A stretch of 64,000 bases of DNA. It comes from Candidatus Omnitrophota bacterium (lineage in GTDB: Bacteria > Omnitrophota > Gorgyraeia > Zapsychrales > Aceulaceae). Numbering within the stretch: the stretch's first letter is position 1; the number at the start of each line of letters is the position of its first letter. A program made the position numbers and the translations under genes. Under the pieces are notes generated by a model. The model did not search any database, had not been told where the DNA came from, and was given only the letters and a program-made list of their open reading frames with translations. The stretch is from contig JAKQPK010000055.1 of the NCBI GenBank assembly GCA_029564765.1, positions 5,255 through 69,254 on the forward strand. The letters are read 5' to 3'. Positions 57,488 through 64,000 of the stretch are shown here, piece by piece.

Positions 57488-60138
57488 AGGAGTTGTTTTA
57501 TCAGATTTTCAATGTATTGAAAAGTTTTATTTAGGTCTTGGCGTTCTTTGCTGCCAGCCTGCGCTAATTGAGGACGTCCGCCCCCGCTGCCGGCTATGCT
57601 TTCAGAAACTTTCGCAATGATTTCATTGGCTTTAATATTCTTTGCGATCAGATCATCTGTGACGGCTGTCACCAAAGCTGTCCCGCTGGCCGCTGTGCTT
57701 ACGCCAACGGTGATCACAGCAGATCTCGCTTTTTGCTTGATCATGTCCGTGATCTTTTTGAGCATGTCCATATCAATGCTGTCATCGCTAAAATCTTTAG
57801 AGATGCATTTTACATCCTTGATCATGGTTGCGTTTTTGATCATTTCATCCAGCGATGCCGTGATCGCCTGAAGCCTGGCGGCAGAAAGATTTTTTTCAAG
57901 CTCTTTTATTCTTTTGGCTTGATTCTCCAGGCGAGCAACGATCTCTTCTTTGGGAGCCTTGAGGATATTTGCCGCTTGGGCGATCTTGCGCTCGAGGTCA
58001 TGAATAAGCGCGATCGCGTAGCGGCCTGTGGTCGCTTCCATGCGGCGCACACCTTGCGCGACAGCGCCTTCGCTAAGGATCTTGAACAGGCCGATCTCTG
58101 CGACGTTGCCCAAATGGGTCCCGCCACATAACTCCTTGGATGTTTCACCTACTGAAACAACGCGCACCTTTTGATGATATTTTTCGGCAAAAAAGGCAAG
58201 GGCTCCCTGCTTTGTTGCCTCCAAAAGAGACATTTCGGCTTTCTTTACGGGTGTGCATTCACGAATACGATCGTTGACAAAATCTTCGACCTTGATAATC
58301 TCATCATCGGTAAGCGCTTTTGGATGAGTGAAGTCAAAACGTAATCGATCATTGGAGACCAAGGAACCTTGTTGCTGAACATGGGTTCCCAATATTTTTC
58401 TTAAGGCGGATTGCAGAACGTGTGTTGCCGTATGATTGCGCATGATATCCATGCGGCGTTCTCGATCGATCTGCGCGACAACCGCATCTCCTTGCGCGAG
58501 TGTTCCTTCTTTGACGATGCCAACATGGACAAAGACATCATTGATCTTGTATGTATGGTCGATATCAATGATCGCTTGACTTGTCGTAAGGGTTCCTGTA
58601 TCCGCGATCTGCCCGCCCGATTCTGCGTAAAAGGGTGTTTCGCTCAACACGACTTGTACTTGCGCAGGTGCGGAGATCTTTTCAACCCCCTGTGATCCTG
58701 AGAACAGCTTTATGATCTTTGTTTTTGTTTCGTTCTTTTCATATCCGCAAAACTGTGTTTTAGGGACGCGGGTAAGATCGATGTCGCATGTTGTGAACAC
58801 ATCCCCTGTCATTTTACTTGCCGCTCGTGATTTTTCACGCTGTTGATTCATCTTGATCTCAGATTCACTTAATCCTTGACGGATCGTGTTTTGCGTTATG
58901 CCAACGATCTCTGCCGTGGCGCGTATCGCTGAATACGTCAGGCCGTAGGTGTCACGATATTTAAAGAAAATATCTGCAAGTTTTTTAGTGTCGGTATCAT
59001 TTTTGATCTGTTCAAGTTCTTTTTTGAGCTCAGGGATACGCTCGTTCCTTACTTTGTGATACGCCATTTCCGTTTTTTGTATCCAGGAGGCGATATTCTC
59101 CTGCTTGTCGCTAAGTTCTTTGTAGGGGTCTTTCATGGCCTCAACGACTGACGGAACAAGCTGGTGAATAAAAGAAGCACGAGATTTTGACAGAAGAATA
59201 TCCGTGATATCCGCGATCAACTTTTTGATCACGTATCCGCGGCCTTCATTCGACGGGATGACACCATCAGCGATCCCAAAGACGATCGCGCGCATGTGAT
59301 CTGCCATGACATAGCGTTCTTTTGTCGATAGAGTGATCGCGTGCTTACGGGCGTTGGCGTCGATCGCGGATAGGATCGGCACAAATAGGTCGATCTCAAA
59401 ATTGGTGTTTTTTCCCTGAACGACCGCGGCGAGGCGCTCGAGGCCCATGCCGGTATCAATATTTTTATTGGGCAACGGTTTTAAAAGTCCATCTTCTTGG
59501 CGGTCGTATTGAGTAAAAACAAGGTTCCAGATCTCCGCGAAGCGTCCGCAATCACATGCCGGGCTGCAATTTGTTCGTTTGCAGCCAACTTCAGGGCCGT
59601 AATCAAAGAAGATCTCAGAGCATGGACCGCAAGGGCCGTTGGGGCCTTTTGTTTTAGCTTCTGATGGCCAGAAATTGCTTTTATCCCCTAGCTCAACGAT
59701 CCTGGAAGAGGCGATCTTGATATCTTTTAGCCAGATGTCCTTGGCTTCTTTATCGTCTTTGTAGACAGAGACCCAAAGCTTGCTCTCAGAGATTTGTATG
59801 ACGCGCGTGAGGAATTCCCAGGCCCAGGCGATCGCTTCTTTTTTGAAATAATCGCCAAAGGAGAAATTGCCCAGCATTTCAAAGAAGGTATGGTGAAAGG
59901 CGGTAACGCCAACCTGCGCGAGATCGTCCGTGCGAAGGCATTTTTGAGAAGTCACTGCTCGGGTGTAATGATCGACCTGCCCTAAGAATTGTTTTTTGAA
60001 TTGCTGCATCCCTGCGGTCGTAAAGAGAACTGTTGGGTCCTCTTTGGGCACCAGCGAGTCGCTAGCGATGATCGCGTGTTTTTTTCCAGCAAAGAACTCG
60101 ATGAACTTTTTTCGTATTTCAATCGTGGTCATGATCAA
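57484..60138 (-). CDS. alaS: alanyl-tRNA synthetase
   Basis: 884 aa; class-II AlaRS N-terminus (FIEFFAGKKHAIIASDSLVP), editing domain, C-Ala domain. Confidence 0.95.
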   Translation of the reverse strand: MIMTTIEIRKKFIEFFAGKKHAIIASDSLVPKEDPTVLFTTAGMQQFKKQFLGQVDHYTRAVTSQKCLRTDDLAQVGVTAFHHTFFEMLGNFSFGDYFKKEAIAWAWEFLTRVIQISESKLWVSVYKDDKEAKDIWLKDIKIASSRIVELGDKSNFWPSEAKTKGPNGPCGPCSEIFFDYGPEVGCKRTNCSPACDCGRFAEIWNLVFTQYDRQEDGLLKPLPNKNIDTGMGLERLAAVVQGKNTNFEIDLFVPILSAIDANARKHAITLSTKERYVMADHMRAIVFGIADGVIPSNEGRGYVIKKLIADITDILLSKSRASFIHQLVPSVVEAMKDPYKELSDKQENIASWIQKTEMAYHKVRNERIPELKKELEQIKNDTDTKKLADIFFKYRDTYGLTYSAIRATAEIVGITQNTIRQGLSESEIKMNQQREKSRAASKMTGDVFTTCDIDLTRVPKTQFCGYEKNETKTKIIKLFSGSQGVEKISAPAQVQVVLSETPFYAESGGQIADTGTLTTSQAIIDIDHTYKINDVFVHVGIVKEGTLAQGDAVVAQIDRERRMDIMRNHTATHVLQSALRKILGTHVQQQGSLVSNDRLRFDFTHPKALTDDEIIKVEDFVNDRIRECTPVKKAEMSLLEATKQGALAFFAEKYHQKVRVVSVGETSKELCGGTHLGNVAEIGLFKILSEGAVAQGVRRMEATTGRYAIALIHDLERKIAQAANILKAPKEEIVARLENQAKRIKELEKNLSAARLQAITASLDEMIKNATMIKDVKCISKDFSDDSIDMDMLKKITDMIKQKARSAVITVGVSTAASGTALVTAVTDDLIAKNIKANEIIAKVSESIAGSGGGRPQLAQAGSKERQDLNKTFQYIENLIKQLL

Positions 60139-60607
60139 TTACCTGTATTGACTGAAGAACTAGGCTTTCTTCAAACCCCCTGCGCATTAAATAACCATAA
60201 AGACGTCTTTTAAGGACTGAAGGCTCTAAATTTTTATAACGCGCAAGCCGTTTATTAGCGATCTGCTCAACGACACCCGCTTCATCAACGCTTTTTAAGC
60301 ATTCGGACAGGGTTTTTACGATGATCGTATCCGAAATGCCTTTCTGGCGCAACTCGCATCGGATGCGATGTCGTCCCAAGCCCTTGAATAGGCGCATTTT
60401 GATCCAGTCCCGCGCGAACTGCTGATCATTGATAAGCTCAAGGGTTTTTAGGTATTGAACGAGCTTGTTGATGATCTTGGACGGATATCTTTTTTGTTTT
60501 AGCCTTTGGGCGATCTCTGCTTGGCTTCTTTGACGTATTCTTAGAAGGCGAAAGCAGTAAGTTTTTCCTTTTTGGAGCAGAATATCGTTATCACGCGGTA
60601 CGGTCAC
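60119..60607 (-). CDS. recX: RecA regulator RecX
   Basis: 162 aa helical-repeat protein immediately downstream of recA. Confidence 0.8.
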   Translation of the reverse strand: MTVPRDNDILLQKGKTYCFRLLRIRQRSQAEIAQRLKQKRYPSKIINKLVQYLKTLELINDQQFARDWIKMRLFKGLGRHRIRCELRQKGISDTIIVKTLSECLKSVDEAGVVEQIANKRLARYKNLEPSVLKRRLYGYLMRRGFEESLVLQSIQVIDHDHD

Positions 60608-60609
60608 GA

Positions 60610-61626
60610 TTATTTTGCGATAGACATCTTTTCGCGGATCTTTTTCTCGATCTGGGTTAAGATCTTGGGATTTTCCTTTAAGAATACCTTGGCGCTATCA
60701 CGTCCCTGTCCGATCTTTTCATTTTCATAGGAAAACCAAGATCCTGACTTGACGATCAACCCTTCCTTGATCCCTAAGTCTAAGATGTCGCTTGTTCGTG
60801 AAATGCCTTCATCAAAATAGATCTCAAATAACGCTTCACGGAAAGGTGCCGCGACCTTGTTTTTGACGATCTTGGCCTTGACAACATTTCCGACAACGTC
60901 TTCGCCTTTTTTAATGCTTTCGACCCGGCGAAGATCAATGCGCACTGATGCGTAGAATTTGAGTGCGCGTCCGCCTGTTGTTGTTTCTGGAGAACCGAAC
61001 ATGACACCGATCTTCATGCGGATCTGGTTGATAAAAATAACACATGTTTTTGATTTGCTGATCGTTGCCGTGAGTTTGCGAAGCGCTTGGGACATCAATC
61101 TTGCTTGAAGCCCCATGTGAGAGTCCCCCATTTCCCCTTCGATCTCCGCGCGAGGCGTAAGGGCCGCGACAGAATCAATGACGACGAGGTCAACGGCATT
61201 GGAACGGACAAGTGTTTCCGCGATCTCAAGGGCTTGCTCTCCGGTATCTGGCTGGGATACGAGAAGATCATCCAATTTGACCCCTAAGGTTTTGGCATAG
61301 TTTGAATCAAAGGCATGTTCCGCATCAATGAAAGCAGCAACACCACCTTGTTTTTGGATCTGATTGATAATGCTTAAGGTCAAGGTTGTTTTACCGGAGG
61401 ATTCAGGGCCGTAGATCTCGATCACGCGTCCTTTAGGAACTCCGCCGACGCCAATGGCGGCGTCCAAGGCTAAAGAGCCTGTCGGGATCGCTTCGATCTG
61501 GACAGCGACGTTTTGGCTTAAGGTCATGATCGATCCCTTGCCAAATTGTTTTTCGATCTGACTTAAGGCGAGTTCAAGAGCTTTTTTCTTATCGGCGTGA
61601 ATTTCAGTCTTCTTCTCTTCTTTCAT
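60610..61626 (-). CDS. recA: recombinase RecA
   Basis: Walker [10 protein letters not shown]; [15 protein letters not shown]. Start set at the Met preceded by AAAGGGGGA. Confidence 0.95.
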   Translation of the reverse strand: MKEEKKTEIHADKKKALELALSQIEKQFGKGSIMTLSQNVAVQIEAIPTGSLALDAAIGVGGVPKGRVIEIYGPESSGKTTLTLSIINQIQKQGGVAAFIDAEHAFDSNYAKTLGVKLDDLLVSQPDTGEQALEIAETLVRSNAVDLVVIDSVAALTPRAEIEGEMGDSHMGLQARLMSQALRKLTATISKSKTCVIFINQIRMKIGVMFGSPETTTGGRALKFYASVRIDLRRVESIKKGEDVVGNVVKAKIVKNKVAAPFREALFEIYFDEGISRTSDILDLGIKEGLIVKSGSWFSYENEKIGQGRDSAKVFLKENPKILTQIEKKIREKMSIAK

Positions 61627-61729
61627 AAATCCCCCTTTGATGTTGTGAAGCTGAATTATACATGAGGCTTTTTGAGTTGTCAAATGCTAAGCCATAGACC
61701 AGAGCATATTATATATATACTTATAGTTA

Positions 61730-62467
61730 TTATGACCGTAGTCGCAGGGATAGAAAGCCAATAGCGGCAATAGCCGCAGTCTCGACCTTTAAAACATTCG
61801 GCCCAAGCGTGACAGGGATGGCTCCCCGGCTGAGCGCAAGTTGTGCTTCTTCTTTGGTAAAATCCCCTTCAGGACCAATGAATACGACGATGCGCTCTTT
61901 TGACCTTAGCAGGTCAGATGCAATCTCTGGGAGCTTCTGGCTCGGGGCTTGAAGGGCTCCAAAGAGCGCAAGATCATTTTTTGATATCAGGTCTAGGGCT
62001 TGCGCAAACGTCATTACAGAGTGGACCTTGGGAAGAAATGCTCTTTGAGATTGTTTGCAGGCATTGATCGCTACTTCTTCATAGCGGCGATGGCATCGCG
62101 CAAGAGTTTCAGAGGCTTTAGAGATCTCTGTACGTGTTGTTCTTAAAGGGATGATCTCGTCGATCCCAAGCTCGGTGCATTTTTCAATAATGGTCTCGAA
62201 TTTTGATCGTTTAGGGATAGCACAAGCAAGGGTTAAGAGAGGATGCTGTTGTCGCACTTCTTCTAATGAATTGATCCTAAAAGTAACTTTGTGAGACGAA
62301 GCGGAAATGATCGTCGCACTGGCCTGAAGGCCTTTGCCATTAAAAACAAAAACATCATCATTGAGCTTAAAACGCAAGACATTGATGAGATGATGGATCT
62401 CATCTTTGTCTAAGAGAACAGTTTCCTTTTGGGAAAGGATGAAGTTTGGAATGTAACAACGCGTCAT
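61730..62467 (-). CDS. rsmE: 16S rRNA (uracil1498-N3)-methyltransferase
   Basis: 245 aa; RsmE-like PUA N-terminus and SPOUT core. Confidence 0.85.
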   Translation of the reverse strand: MTRCYIPNFILSQKETVLLDKDEIHHLINVLRFKLNDDVFVFNGKGLQASATIISASSHKVTFRINSLEEVRQQHPLLTLACAIPKRSKFETIIEKCTELGIDEIIPLRTTRTEISKASETLARCHRRYEEVAINACKQSQRAFLPKVHSVMTFAQALDLISKNDLALFGALQAPSQKLPEIASDLLRSKERIVVFIGPEGDFTKEEAQLALSRGAIPVTLGPNVLKVETAAIAAIGFLSLRLRS

Positions 62468-62489
62468 TCTAACCAGTCAGCAAGCTTTT

Positions 62490-63542
62490 CTATTTTCGAG
62501 GCTCTGGTACCTTTCCAGCTGCTGGATCAAGGACGCACTCACAATCTTTGAGAATATATCCTTCTTGAGAGCAATCAATAGGACATTCAGCATCAGGGTT
62601 GACACCTATCAATTTATCTCCATATTCTTTGAGCTCAGGATATAGTTCAGTTAATTGTTCCCATGTTTGCGGATTTTCTTCGACCCATTTTATAAATTCA
62701 TCAGGGCTTGATTCGAGCATCCTTATAACTTCATTGTAGGTCGATTCTAATTCTTCTTTTGTGAGAGGGCTATCATTCTGAACTATTTCTTCCAATTCTG
62801 GATATTGTTCAAGAAGTTTTTGCCACATATCAGGATTTTCTTCGATCCATTTAGCAAGCTCTTCAGGGTTTGAATCGCTTAGCTCAATAAGCTTGTTATA
62901 AGTTTCTTGGATGATGGGATCAATATTCGGATCTGGTTCAGTAATGGGATCAAGAGGATCGTCAACCGTAGGCACGCCACCTGTCCCACCGTTACCAGGA
63001 TCGGGTTCTTCAATAGGATCATCAGGCGTAGGCACGTCCCCTGTTCCAGGATCTGTCCCAACGCCTCCGGTTCCAGGATCTGTCCCAACTCCTCCGGTTC
63101 CGCCGCCATTTCCACCTTGACATGTTCCACCACCCGGCTGCGTTGAGCCACCTGTTGTTGTATTCAATGTAAGGCCTGAGCAGCTAGCCCCAGAGCAGTT
63201 AATATTGCCGCTTGAATTAATAACGAGCGAATAATTTCCATTGTTTTTTGCGAATGTTGCTAATTGTGAGGCGTTATTCGCAACACCTATGCTGAATCCG
63301 GAAGGCACATTGACGATCGTGTCAAGCTGGGCGAGCGTAGCCGCGTACTGACCATTATTAAGAAAATAGCGTTTTTGCGCACAATAGATCTCGTAAAGAG
63401 TTTTTTCAGCTGCTTTGACACGCTGATTTTCGATCGCGCGCGGCAGTTGAGGCACAACAAGAGCTGTTAATAGACCGACAATGACAACAACGATGGTGAT
63501 CTCGATAGCAGAGAAGCCTTTAGATGTTCTGAAAGATCTCAT
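62490..63542 (-). CDS. type IV pilin-like protein with long repeat-containing C-terminal extension (paralogue of 20056..20436)
   Basis: Class-III signal KGFSAIEITIVVVIVGLL. The pilin domain resembles the 20056 gene (KRYFLNNGQYAATLAQLD vs ERYFLENSAFATALADLD; NCSGASCSG vs SCSGSGCT). It is followed by a G/T/P/D-rich linker, two acidic helical repeats of about 45 aa (…EELAKWIEENPDMWQKLLEQYPELEE… / …DEFIKWVEENPQTWEQLTELYPELKE…) and a Cys-rich tail. Confidence 0.7.
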   Translation of the reverse strand: MRSFRTSKGFSAIEITIVVVIVGLLTALVVPQLPRAIENQRVKAAEKTLYEIYCAQKRYFLNNGQYAATLAQLDTIVNVPSGFSIGVANNASQLATFAKNNGNYSLVINSSGNINCSGASCSGLTLNTTTGGSTQPGGGTCQGGNGGGTGGVGTDPGTGGVGTDPGTGDVPTPDDPIEEPDPGNGGTGGVPTVDDPLDPITEPDPNIDPIIQETYNKLIELSDSNPEELAKWIEENPDMWQKLLEQYPELEEIVQNDSPLTKEELESTYNEVIRMLESSPDEFIKWVEENPQTWEQLTELYPELKEYGDKLIGVNPDAECPIDCSQEGYILKDCECVLDPAAGKVPEPRK

Positions 63543-63640
63543 TTTTTCCTCCCAAGTTATAATTAAATAACAATAATAACTACACTTTTCTAATTAAAGT
63601 ATAGCATATATAGAGTAGTTTCGCTGAAAACAAAATAAAA

Positions 63641-63713
63641 TGGACCGAGGGGGAGTCGAACCCCCGACCTTCTGATTGCGAACCAGACATTCTCCCAGCT
63701 GAACTATCGGCCC
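63641..63713 (-). tRNA. tRNA-Ala (anticodon CGC)
   Basis: RC = GGGCCGATAGTTCAGCTGGGAGAATGTCTGGTTCGCAATCAGAAGGTCGGGGGTTCGACTCCCCCTCGGTCCA; G3:U70 alanine identity pair; CCA not encoded. Confidence 0.85.
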
Positions 63714-63734
63714 ATAAAATTTGATCATTTTGAT

Positions 63735-64000
63735 CTAAGGAATCGTGCTTGAGAAACTTGGAAGATTAAAAACAGAGGTAAGCGTGTATTCAGGGTTTGT
63801 TAGATCATCTGCCGGCTGGCCCGTGTTGAATCGGCCAGCAAGTTTTACTCTTACTGAAAAAAGATTCGTCGCAGGATTATTCTGGAGAGTTGCCTCGAAA
63901 ACGGTGATGTTCTTGAATCTCTGGATCTCTGAGCTGCAGTTTGTGCTGGAATTTGCCGCAGTACAATATCTTACAATAAATTGAAGTGGATCATATTCGT
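63735..64000 (-). CDS. C-terminal fragment of an unknown protein (N-terminus beyond right edge)
   Basis: The minus-strand frame is open from the window edge for 87 codons (…NCSSEIQRFKNITVFEATLQNNPATNLFSVRVKLAGRFNTGQPADDLTNPEYTLTSVFNLPSFSSTIP*), with its stop at 63735-63737; not in the ORF track because it lacks a start inside the window. Confidence 0.3.
   Translation of the reverse strand, partial: EYDPLQFIVRYCTAANSSTNCSSEIQRFKNITVFEATLQNNPATNLFSVRVKLAGRFNTGQPADDLTNPEYTLTSVFNLPSFSSTIP

Noticed and set aside
2115-58700. Numerous 60-275-aa ORFs antisense to or nested within long genes (e.g. 2621..3445, 4540..5181, 17278..17643, 25147..25548, 57568..58131)
   Set aside because: All are embedded in confidently assigned longer genes on the opposite strand or in another frame. 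They have biased, low-complexity composition and no start context; expected by chance in GC-moderate DNA.
1-64000. CRISPR arrays, transposases or IS elements, integrases, toxin–antitoxin pairs, restriction–modification or other recognisable defence genes
   Set aside because: Scanned intergenic regions and ORF translations; no short regularly spaced repeats, no DDE, tyrosine or serine recombinase motifs, and no obvious defence-gene signatures were found.

Overview
This window is a gene-dense, bacterial-type stretch with very strong strand bias. About 60 of 65 protein genes and all six tRNAs are on the minus strand; only three confidently called genes are on the plus strand. Most of it is housekeeping. 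The left half runs nadC, valS, cimA, lysC, cstA, apgM, coaB, thrC, hom, gpsA, a tRNA cluster, a GT2/GT-C glycosyltransferase pair and pfk, then nnr, acpS, pdxJ, cdaA, folP, ftsH and tilS. The right half carries tsaD, ctpA, gatCAB, a surA–pdxA–rsmA triad, a short mfd, secDF–yajC, rpsP, a TrpE/PabB-like gene, hisIFAHBD, alaS, recX–recA and rsmE. Diderm signatures are present: an outer-membrane beta-barrel with a C-terminal Phe, SurA, SecDF, and type-IV-pilin-like proteins. Six tRNAs are called: Pro-GGG, Gly-TCC, Tyr-GTA, Thr-TGT, Met/Ile2-CAT and Ala-CGC. Two ORFs run off the window edges and are therefore missing from the ORF track: a CPBP-family membrane protease at 1..1404 and a C-terminal fragment at 63735..64000. 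The candidates for an undescribed system are these: (i) at about 28.5–35.2 kb, an operon of outer-membrane beta-barrel, small periplasmic protein and a 1,461-aa secreted giant protein, with a secreted coiled-coil protein and SNase-like nuclease downstream; (ii) a bactofilin fused to an excisionase-type HTH, next to an HTH protein with a C-terminal membrane anchor; (iii) a perfect 109-bp tandem duplication that carries the 3' end of tRNA-Thr; (iv) two paralogous pilin-like genes, one with a repeat-containing C-terminal extension; (v) a tRNA(CAU) with a non-canonical D-loop/T-loop pair. No CRISPR array, transposase, integrase or rRNA was seen. All calls come from reading the sequence and the supplied translations; no database searches were run.
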